Shown piece after piece: positions 16,634 to 24,260 of a stretch of DNA of 24,260 nt; the first letter of the stretch is position 1; the number at the start of each line of letters is the position of its first letter. The notes below the pieces were generated by a model. It was not told the origin of the DNA. It was given only the letters and a program-made list of their open reading frames with translations, and did no database searches. The stretch lies in contig CBFIGT010000025.1 of the NCBI GenBank assembly GCA_965662175.1, positions 1 to 24,260 of the forward strand, in the 5' to 3' direction. The translations under genes were made by a program, and so were the position numbers. This stretch comes from Arcobacter sp. GTDB lineage: Bacteria; Campylobacterota; Campylobacteria; Campylobacterales; Arcobacteraceae.

Positions 16634-18858
16634 TTAATTGAATTGTTTACTATTTGTATTTTCTATTATTTCAAAAGCAATACTGCTTGTTTTAACAGCA
16701 ATAGCTTTTGCATCATTTGCAACTTTAGCGTTCTCTTGAGTTAGTTGGTCAATTTTAGAAATAGCTTCATTTATTTGAGAAATAGTTTTACTTTGCTCTT
16801 TTGTTGAATCAGCTACACTTCCAATTATTGTACTTGTATTTAGGATTTTTTCATTTAGTTTACTATATCCCTCAATCATCTGTTCAGAACTATTTTTCCC
16901 CTCACTAGCTTTTATATTTGCTTTTTCCACCAAAGCTTTAATCTCACGTGCAGCTTCTGCACTTCTTGAAGCTAGGTTTCTAACCTCTTGGGCAACTACA
17001 GCAAAACCTTTTCCAGCTTCTCCAGCTGTTGCTGCTTCAACAGCTGCATTTAGACTTAGAATATTTGTTTGGAAAGCAATTTGGTCAATAATAGTAATTG
17101 CTTCATTTATCTCTTGTGTCGCACTATTAATTTCATCCATAGATTTTTGTGTTTTTGTAGCTAAGGATAAGCCCTCATTTGCATAAGATAAAGTCTCTTT
17201 AGATAGAGTTTGCATCTGTGCAGCTTGTGATGAGATTTCATTTATTGAAGATGTAGTCTCTTCAATAGAAGCTGCTGTTTCTTCAATAGAAGCTGCTTGT
17301 GAAAGGGCTGAATTATTTAATTGTTCAACATTAGATGATAGAATAGTTGCATTATTACTTAAAATATCACCTGTTTGTTTATTTTCTCTTAGCATTAGGC
17401 TTATAGCCTCTCCTAAAGAGTTTATTCCATCAATTAGTTTTTTCATCTCACCATTCATATTTTGTTCAGATAATTTTGATAAATAGTTGTAGTTTGAATA
17501 GTTCTCTAGCTCTTTTAAAATATTAGTCATTACTTTTTGTTGATTCTCTAACATTTTGTTAATTGTTGAGGCAAAAGTTCTAATTTGAGGATTTGCAGGA
17601 ATTGACATTACTCTATTTTCCAAATAACCTTGTTGAAGTTTATTTAAAACTAAAATAGCCTCCCCAGCACACTTCATATCTTTTTCAAGTTCTGAATCTA
17701 AAGTCTCTAGGTTTTTATTTATAAAATTTGCAATTTCACCCAATTCTCCCTTTGATTTAACATCAATATATTGAAAAGTATTTCTTTTTCTATTCATAAA
17801 ATCAAAGAATGTTTCAACTCCACTTCTAATTTTTAAGATAGCATCTATAATTGTAAATGTAATATATCTTCCCAATAAAGAGGTAAATAAAAGTACTAAA
17901 ATACTAAATGAAATATAAATAATTAAAGTAGATAGTGAAGACTCTTTTTTCTCTTTTGTTTTTTCTAAAATATCATTTGCTATATAATCATCTAATTGTT
18001 TTAATAGGTTTATTTTTTGAGTAATAGTTTTAAACCAATAAGTAGAATCAATTCCAAAATTACCATCTCCATTATTTGTAATAATCAATTCTCTCATTTT
18101 ATTAACTTCAGCAACTGATTTATCTTCAAGTAATTCATTTTTCTTTTTTACTAATAGTTCTGTTGCTATATTTTCAAACTCATGCATATAAGCTTCTTGC
18201 ATAGCAATTAAAGAGATAAATTTTGCATGTAATTCAGGAACTAATTTATTAGATGCAAAAATAGCTGAACCAACAGCTCTTTCAATTCCAGCTCTCTCTT
18301 TTGATTCTAAAAAAGAGTAATAAGCCATACTGTGTGATGTAATATCCGCATCATTTGATTGCTTAAATACTAAAGTTGTAAAACTAAGAAATTTAGTGTT
18401 TATATTTGTATAGTATGAAATAGCAGTTTTTAGTGGAATTCTAAATTAATAACATCTTCTCTTACTTTGTCTAATTTAGATAGCTCTTTGAAAATATTAT
18501 TTAATTCATTTAATGAAGTTTTATTAAGTATTGATTTTACATTTGAACTTTTAATATAATCTTCCAAAAAGTTTAATTTTTCATTTGTTAAATATTTTTG
18601 CTTAGATAAAATATCAGAAAATTTTTCACCTTTACTTTCTATATAACCAGCACTTGCACCTCTTTCTTTTTGTGATTCATGAACTACATATGAAATATTG
18701 GCATTAAGTGTCATTAGAATTTCAAGTTTTTTATAACTTTGCAGTTCTTCATATTTGTTAGAGATTAGAATAAAGGCCATAAGAATTAGAGCAATAACAG
18801 GAATAATAGAGACTAAAAAAAGTTTTTGTTTGATTGGTAAGTTTTTAATATAATTCAT
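16634..18858 (-). pseudogene. Methyl-accepting chemotaxis protein with periplasmic NIT (nitrate/nitrite-sensing) domain, split by a 1-bp frameshift
   Basis: ORF 18430-18858 has TM1 and VHESQKERGASAGY. ORF 16634-18328 has [24 protein letters not shown]2 and [37 protein letters not shown]. The downstream frame is open from 18445 ([19 protein letters not shown]...). One added base in 18433-18445 restores a 741-aa ORF. Could be a sequencing error. Confidence 0.88.
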
Positions 18859-18866
18859 AGTAACTC

Positions 18867-19253
18867 CTAGTCCATACTTTTATAAAGCTCAATTGCTTTT
18901 TCAATTTCATCTCTAGAGGCTACTTTTCTACAAGACATAAAACCTTTTGAACCATCACTTGATTCAAGTGGATAAACAGTTGCATAAACCCAATAGTAGT
19001 TATTATCTTTTGTTCTATTTTTTACAAAACCTTTCCAGATTTTACCTGCTTTTACAGTTTGCCATAAATCTTTAAATGCAGCTTTTGGCATATCAGGGTG
19101 TCTTAAAAGATTGTGAGGTTGCCCAATTAGTTCACTTAAATTGTAGTTACTTATTTCACAAAACTCATCGTTTGCGTATTTTATTATGCCTTTTTCATCG
19201 GTTTCTGAAACAATAAATGAATTGTTATTCAGAAGAATCTCTTGCCCAGCCAT
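18867..19253 (-). CDS. Stand-alone PAS domain protein, Aer/CetB-like
   Basis: IVSETDEKGIIKYANDEF, GQPHNLLRHPDMPKAAFKDLWQT, WKGFVKNRTKD, YYWV; stop 8 bp before the MCP start. Confidence 0.93.
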   Translation of the reverse strand: MAGQEILLNNNSFIVSETDEKGIIKYANDEFCEISNYNLSELIGQPHNLLRHPDMPKAAFKDLWQTVKAGKIWKGFVKNRTKDNNYYWVYATVYPLESSDGSKGFMSCRKVASRDEIEKAIELYKSMD

Positions 19254-19278
19254 AGGAATACCTTTAGTTATTTTTTCA

Positions 19279-19284
19279 ATTATA
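19279..19284 (-). promoter_or_regulatory. Possible sigma70 -10 box for the PAS-MCP operon
   Basis: TATAAT on the minus strand 25 bp upstream of the ATG; the region is very AT-rich so specificity is low. Confidence 0.4.
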
Positions 19285-19390
19285 TATGTAAATTTAGTAT
19301 AAGTTTTCTTAAAATTATATAAAGTTGTTTAATTAAAATAATTAAGTTATTTATTGTAAACTAATATGTGTAATTTCTGTACTTGAGTTT

Positions 19391-20710
19391 TTAATCTTTT
19401 ATAATAGTAGTAATTGACTCTTTTATTGCTAAAAGAAGTTTATCAATCTCCTCTTTTGTTTGGGTAAAATGAATAGAGACTCTTATCCAACCTGGTTTTT
19501 CATTTAACTCATTTTTATCATTAAATCCTAGTAAGTCATGTCCATAAGGTCCAGCACATGAACATCCAGCTCTAGTTTGCATACCTTTGTCATTTGAGAT
19601 AATTTCACATAATTTATATGGGTCAATCTCTTTTATATTAAATGAAACAATACCTATATTATAAGAGTTTTGATTTCCATATATTACTACATTTGGAATA
19701 TTTTTTAATTCACTTAAAAAGTATTCTAAAAGCTCATCTTTTCTTTTTTTTATAAAATCAAAACCTATTTCATTTCTTAGTTGATAAGCAAATGATGCTT
19801 TTATAACTTGTATTATTCCAGGAGTTCCAGCTGTTTCTCTAGCTCTTAAATCTTCATCATACTCTTGGGTTTTTTTATTTACATATTTTACAGTTCCACC
19901 ACCTGCGAAACTTGGAGCTAATGAGGTATCAACTAACTCTTTTTTTATAAGTAAAAGACCACAAGAACCAGGTCCTCCTAAAAGTTTGTGAGGAGATAAA
20001 TATAGTGCATCATAGTAGTTTGCATCTACATTCATATATGGTGAACTAGCAGCTGCATCTAAGCAAACAATTGCATTATAACGTCTAAGTAAGTTTGATA
20101 TCTCTTTATAGCAAGTTACAATTCCTGTAACATTTGAAGCTATACAAAAAGAGCCAATTATTTCCCTATGTCTGTTCTCTTGTAGTACCTCTTTTAACTG
20201 CTTTAAATCTATTAAACCCTCATTATTTAATCCAATACGAATAACCTCACAAAGTGCTTCCCTATAACTTAACTCATTTGAGTGATGTTCATAAGGACCT
20301 ACAACTATCAAAGGAAGATTTTTTTTAGCAACTGTAATTTTAAATCTTTTTATAGTTGCTGGAGGAATATAAAGACCTAATAATTCTTGAAACTTTTTTA
20401 TAGCAGCCGTTGAACCACAACCTGTTGGAATAATCTCAAATCTATCATCTAAATCAAGATTTTGTTTTAGGTTTTCAATAGCCTGTTCATAAAATTTGTG
20501 TGTTTGATTTGCCATACTTGACTCTTTTGAGTGTGTATTAGCATATGTTGTTAACATATCATAAACTCTATTTTCAATAGGTCTAAATCCAAGCCCTGAA
20601 GCTGTATAGTCAAAGTAAGCACTTTTGTGCTTACCTATCGTACCATATTTTAAATAGTCTAGTTTATTACTATGTTCATTAATGAAGGGACGAAATAAAC
20701 TCTTCGTCAT
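19391..20710 (-). CDS. Class V PLP-dependent aminotransferase / cysteine desulfurase-like protein
   Basis: YFDYTASG, PYEHHSNE, ASNVTG, DAAA, SPHKLLGGPG (PLP lysine), ETAGTP, RAGCSCAG; 32-bp overlap with the reductase gene end. Confidence 0.9.
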   Translation of the reverse strand: MTKSLFRPFINEHSNKLDYLKYGTIGKHKSAYFDYTASGLGFRPIENRVYDMLTTYANTHSKESSMANQTHKFYEQAIENLKQNLDLDDRFEIIPTGCGSTAAIKKFQELLGLYIPPATIKRFKITVAKKNLPLIVVGPYEHHSNELSYREALCEVIRIGLNNEGLIDLKQLKEVLQENRHREIIGSFCIASNVTGIVTCYKEISNLLRRYNAIVCLDAAASSPYMNVDANYYDALYLSPHKLLGGPGSCGLLLIKKELVDTSLAPSFAGGGTVKYVNKKTQEYDEDLRARETAGTPGIIQVIKASFAYQLRNEIGFDFIKKRKDELLEYFLSELKNIPNVVIYGNQNSYNIGIVSFNIKEIDPYKLCEIISNDKGMQTRAGCSCAGPYGHDLLGFNDKNELNEKPGWIRVSIHFTQTKEEIDKLLLAIKESITTIIKD

Positions 20711-22268
20711 TAATTTTCTCTTTTAAATAATTATGTAAATTTGTTTCACCACTATTTATATAGTTTTGAATAACTTTCTCAACAATTCCCTCAGCCTCTT
20801 CAGGAACAAACTTGATTTTTGTTTTTTCACCAAATGAAGATTTAGCACCCTCTAAATTTCCACCAAGAATCAGCTCAAATCCAGGAACTGTTACACCCTC
20901 ACTATTTTTAACTTTAAGTCCTAAAAGTCCAATATCTACAACATGAGGATGGGCACAAGAGTTTGGACAACCATTTACAGAAATAGATACTGTCTCTTTG
21001 AAATTAGGAAATTTACTATTTAAATAATCTGCTAAATTAATCGCTTTATTTTTTGTTTCACTTATTGCAAATTTACAAAAATTTAATCCTGTACAAGAGA
21101 TTGTTCTTGCTTTAAATGGATTTGGATTATAATCAATCCCAATTGTTGTTAATTCATCTGCTAAAGCTTGCGCATTTAAAGTAGGCACATCTTTTACTAC
21201 AAAATTCTGTGTAACAGTTGTTTTAATAGTAGTAGCACCATGTTTTTCTAAAATATTAGCTAAATCTTCTAATCCTTTAGCTCCAATATGTCCACCATTT
21301 ATTGCACAACCAATATATGATTTTTCTTTCTCTTTAGAGTCTTGAATTCCAAAGTGTTGTCTTTTTGCATAAGGAGTGTATGGAACAACAACTTCATCTT
21401 TAAACTTAATTTTTGATTTTTTTTCAACTTCTTCTTTAAACTTCTCAACTCCCCACTCTTCAATTAAGTGACCAAGTCTTGCTTTTCTTCTATTCTCTCT
21501 TAATCCATGATCTCTATAAATAGTACTAACAGCTTTAACTATAGCTAATACTTGAGATGGAGTTACAAACCCAATATGTGAAGCAACTCTTTTATTTGAA
21601 GCTAATCCACCACCAACACTTACATCAAATAAAACTTTATCAGTACAATCACAAACAACAGCTGTAAAAGATAAATCTTGTATTTCATGACCCATACAGT
21701 GTTTGTGACATCCACTAATTCCAACTTTATATTTTCTTGGTAAGTTTGATAGGTTTTTATTTCCACTAAGATATTTATTTACCTTATCAACTATTGGTCT
21801 AACATCATAAATTTCATCATGCTCTATTCCACTTACCGGACAAGTTGTTACATTTCTTGGAACATCACCTGCTGCAAATACTGTAGATAAACCAACCTCA
21901 TTTAATCTTCTAAATATTTCAGGTAAATCTACAACTTTTATATAGTGAAATTGAATATCTTGTCTTGTTGTAAAATCAGCTGTTCCCCTTGCATACTCTT
22001 TTGAAATAGCTGAAACTTCTCTCATTTGTTCTAAGTTCATAGAACCATGCTCAAGTTTTACTCTTAACATAAAATATAAAGTATTATCATTTTCATCTTG
22101 GAGGTTTCTATTTTGAGTATATAAACCATACCATTTAAATCTAATAATATCTTCAGGATTAATCTCTTCTCCTAAAACAGCATATAAATATATATCTTTT
22201 AGAACATCAAGTCCATCTTTCTCTTTTTTTAGTCTCTCATTTTGTTGAGCTGCATTCTCTTTTGCCAT
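20679..22268 (-). CDS. cysI: Siroheme/4Fe-4S nitrite/sulfite reductase hemoprotein (ferredoxin type); context indicates assimilatory sulfite reductase
   Basis: RFKWYGLY, FMLRVK, FTTRQDIQFH, NLPRKYK, SCTGLNFCKFA and GCPNSCAHP cluster ligands; 11 bp downstream of cysN. Confidence 0.85.
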   Translation of the reverse strand: MAKENAAQQNERLKKEKDGLDVLKDIYLYAVLGEEINPEDIIRFKWYGLYTQNRNLQDENDNTLYFMLRVKLEHGSMNLEQMREVSAISKEYARGTADFTTRQDIQFHYIKVVDLPEIFRRLNEVGLSTVFAAGDVPRNVTTCPVSGIEHDEIYDVRPIVDKVNKYLSGNKNLSNLPRKYKVGISGCHKHCMGHEIQDLSFTAVVCDCTDKVLFDVSVGGGLASNKRVASHIGFVTPSQVLAIVKAVSTIYRDHGLRENRRKARLGHLIEEWGVEKFKEEVEKKSKIKFKDEVVVPYTPYAKRQHFGIQDSKEKEKSYIGCAINGGHIGAKGLEDLANILEKHGATTIKTTVTQNFVVKDVPTLNAQALADELTTIGIDYNPNPFKARTISCTGLNFCKFAISETKNKAINLADYLNSKFPNFKETVSISVNGCPNSCAHPHVVDIGLLGLKVKNSEGVTVPGFELILGGNLEGAKSSFGEKTKIKFVPEEAEGIVEKVIQNYINSGETNLHNYLKEKINDEEFISSLH

Positions 22269-22279
22269 AGCTTTTCCTA

Positions 22280-23740
22280 TTATATCTCTTTACATTCCCA
22301 CTCAGGGTAATTACTTCTAATATACGCATTAAGCTCAATTTCTGCTTTTGTATACTCTTTTGTCCCATTCTGAACACTAAATTCTGAATCTTGAACACTA
22401 CTTAAAATCATACCAGCCCCTACAGTTGAGTTTGTGTATCTATCAATAATAATAAAACTTCCTGTATGTCTGTTCTCATGATATGGGTCAACTGCAATTT
22501 GTCTATCAAGTGATATTGTACATTTTGCAATATCATTTAGTTCTAATTTAGATGTATTTATCTCTTCAAAACTATTAATATCTTTTTTATACTCAATTGA
22601 TTTAAATGTTCCATTTATAACAGAAGTTGCTCTTTTAATAATATAATTACTATTAAGCTCCAATGGTTTTTCATCCATCCATACAACCATCACTTCAAGT
22701 TTATTTGAAACTTGTGGAATAGAGTTAGATTTTACAATCATATCCCCTCTTGAAATATCAATCTCATCTTTTAGAGTAATAGTAGTTGCCATTTGAGCAA
22801 TTGCTGTTTCCATAGTCTCAACAGGTTCATCTTTTCCTATAGGTCTTAAATCTTTAATATCATTTGATACAATTGATTTTACAACTGAGGTTTTTCTTGA
22901 TGGTAAAACTGTAATCTCATCACCAACACTAATACTACCACTAGCAATAGTTCCACAAAAACCTCTAAAATTAAGGTGAGGTCTACTTACATATTGAACA
23001 GGTAATCTAAAGTCACTATTTTCATCTTTATGGATATCAACACTATCCAATAATTGCATTAATGCTTTCCCTTTATACCAAGCACATTTAGGTGAATTTG
23101 TTAAAATATTATCTCCATCTAAAGCTGATAAAGGAATATAGCTAAAACTTATGTCACTATTATGTGGAAGATTAGGAATAATTTCTTCATAATCTTTTTT
23201 TATCTTTTCAAATACCTCTTGTGAGAAGTCTACTAGGTCCATTTTATTAATTGCTACTATTAAATTTTTAATTCCAAGTAAGCTTGCTATAAAAGAGTGT
23301 CTTTTTGTTTGTGTTAAAACACCCTGTCTTGCATCAATTAAAATAATAGCTAAATCAGCCGTACTAGCACCCGTTGCCATATTTCTAGTATATTGTTCAT
23401 GACCTGGAGTATCTGCAATAATAAACTTTCTTTTTTCAGTAGAGAAAAATCTATAAGCCACATCAATAGTAATACCTTGTTCTCTCTCACTTGCTAATCC
23501 ATCAACTAAAAGTGCTAAGTCAATCTTATCACCTGTAGTACCTGATTTTTTACTATCTTTTTCAATTGCTGCTAATTGGTCTTCAAATATCATTTTTGAA
23601 TCATAAAGTAATCTACCAATTAAAGTAGATTTTCCATCATCAACTGATCCACATGTTATAAATCTTAATATCTCTTTATTCTCATGCTCTTTTAAATATT
23701 GTTCAATATTCTCTGCTATTAAATCTGATTGGTGTGCCAT
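22280..23740 (-). CDS. cysN: Sulfate adenylyltransferase subunit 1 (GTPase), without fused APS kinase
   Basis: LRFITCGSVDDGKSTLIGRLL, EREQGITIDVAYRFF, DTPGHEQYTRNM, NKMD, TGSFIIIDR..NSTVGAGMI; CysN-type C-terminus ELNAYIRSNYPEW. Confidence 0.97.
   Translation of the reverse strand: MAHQSDLIAENIEQYLKEHENKEILRFITCGSVDDGKSTLIGRLLYDSKMIFEDQLAAIEKDSKKSGTTGDKIDLALLVDGLASEREQGITIDVAYRFFSTEKRKFIIADTPGHEQYTRNMATGASTADLAIILIDARQGVLTQTKRHSFIASLLGIKNLIVAINKMDLVDFSQEVFEKIKKDYEEIIPNLPHNSDISFSYIPLSALDGDNILTNSPKCAWYKGKALMQLLDSVDIHKDENSDFRLPVQYVSRPHLNFRGFCGTIASGSISVGDEITVLPSRKTSVVKSIVSNDIKDLRPIGKDEPVETMETAIAQMATTITLKDEIDISRGDMIVKSNSIPQVSNKLEVMVVWMDEKPLELNSNYIIKRATSVINGTFKSIEYKKDINSFEEINTSKLELNDIAKCTISLDRQIAVDPYHENRHTGSFIIIDRYTNSTVGAGMILSSVQDSEFSVQNGTKEYTKAEIELNAYIRSNYPEWECKEI
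22365..22399 (-). repeat. Degenerate heptamer tract in the cysN C-terminal linker
   Basis: Minus strand AGTGTTC AAGATTC AGAATTT AGTGTTC AGAATGG; TAGTGTTCA recurs exactly at 21-bp spacing; encodes SVQDSEFSVQNG. Confidence 0.5.
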
Positions 23741-23763
23741 AAAATTTTACTCCGTTAAATTTT

Positions 23764-23915
23764 TAGTATTATGTATTAAGTGTTAGGTGCTAAGTTTTAG
23801 GAGCAAAGTATTTGTAAATTTCAACACTTATTCTACAAGACTTTTTCCAAACATCAAGTTTTTCACATTTCAAATTACTTTCCTCCTAACACTTAGCACT
23901 TAACACCTAACACTA
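23764..23915. repeat. Long imperfect inverted repeat built from tandem heptamers in the cysD-cysN spacer
   Basis: Left heptamers TAGTATT ATGTATT AAGTGTT AGGTGCT AAGTTTT then AGGAGCAAAGTA; right TACTTTCCTCCT then AACACTT AGCACTT AACACCT AACACTA. Arms 23773-23810 and 23876-23913 match at 33/38 positions around a 65-bp loop. Confidence 0.88.
23790..23873 (-). pseudogene. 27-codon remnant of a four-helix-bundle (23S rRNA intervening-sequence protein, TIGR02436-like) gene
   Basis: AGGAGG at 23882-23887, 8 nt, TTG start, then MKCEKLDVWKKSCRISVEIYKYFAPKT*. E-K-L-D-V-W-K-K-S...I-Y-K is the N-terminal signature of this family as I recall it. The later DQ..R...S..SNIAEG part is absent. Confidence 0.72.
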
Positions 23916-23929
23916 TTTTTAATCTCCGA

Positions 23930-24260
23930 TTAAAAATACCCCTCTTGTTTCTTCTTCTCCATTGATGCATCACCATCACTATCTATAAGTCTACCTTGTC
24001 TTTCACTAGTCGTACAAATCAACATCTCTTGAATAATCTCAGGCAAGGTTGAAGCTTCACTGTTAACTGCACCTGTTAGGGGATAACAACCAAGTGTTCT
24101 AAATCTTACTTTCTCTTTTTTTGCAGTTTTTCTAAGCTCTTCAGGCATTCTTTCATCATCTACCATGATTTTTGTACCCATATACTCAACTACTTCTCTC
24201 TCTTTTGAAAAATATAAATCAGGAATAGGTATAGCTTCTAAATAGATATATTGCCAAATA
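23930..24260 (-). CDS. cysD: Sulfate adenylyltransferase subunit 2, 3' part (starts beyond the right edge)
   Basis: The frame is open to the edge: [24 protein letters not shown]...[15 protein letters not shown]...[22 protein letters not shown]. The ORF-track start at 24181 is internal. Confidence 0.97.
   Translation of the reverse strand, partial: IWQYIYLEAIPIPDLYFSKEREVVEYMGTKIMVDDERMPEELRKTAKKEKVRFRTLGCYPLTGAVNSEASTLPEIIQEMLICTTSERQGRLIDSDGDASMEKKKQEGYF

Noticed and set aside
17259..17297. 18-bp exact repeat at 21-bp period (AASIEET twice)
   Set aside because: Ordinary heptad repeat of the MCP methylation helix.
23785..23901. GTGCTAA and TTAGCACT CIRCE half-site lookalikes
   Set aside because: Wrong order and spacing for CIRCE; explained as units of the heptamer repeat.

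Overview
AT-rich bacterial chromosomal window. Gene content, TATAAT-type promoters and the MCP/PAS style point to Campylobacterota, most likely Arcobacteraceae (inference). Left to right it contains: (1) a minus-strand operon of FtsX/MacB-type ABC permease, ATPase and a truncated membrane protein resembling heme-copper oxidase subunit I, preceded by four TATGA(A) repeats phased at 11 bp; (2) glutaminase glsA divergent from typA/bipA; (3) an Hsp20 gene with two tandem CIRCE boxes and a HAIR-like palindrome; (4) an 11-kb, seven-gene, two-operon convergent amidoligase/transglutaminase/peptidase cluster. Its plus arm encodes CP-ATP-grasp, alpha-E and two M14 hydrolases. Its minus arm encodes transglutaminase-DUF2126, a CP-ATP-grasp/alpha-E fusion and a transglutaminase with a (Q-T/S)n tail. 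The ATP-grasp, alpha-E and M14 modules each occur as an intact plus a motif-degenerate copy. (5) An Aer-type PAS gene followed by a frameshifted NIT-domain chemoreceptor; (6) a cysD-cysN-sulfite reductase-class V aminotransferase operon. The cysD-cysN spacer holds a heptamer-built inverted repeat around a 27-codon remnant of a four-helix-bundle (23S rRNA IVS protein-like) gene that the ORF track misses. No rRNA, tRNA, CRISPR array, integrase or transposase was seen. All family assignments come from motif recognition by eye, not database searches.
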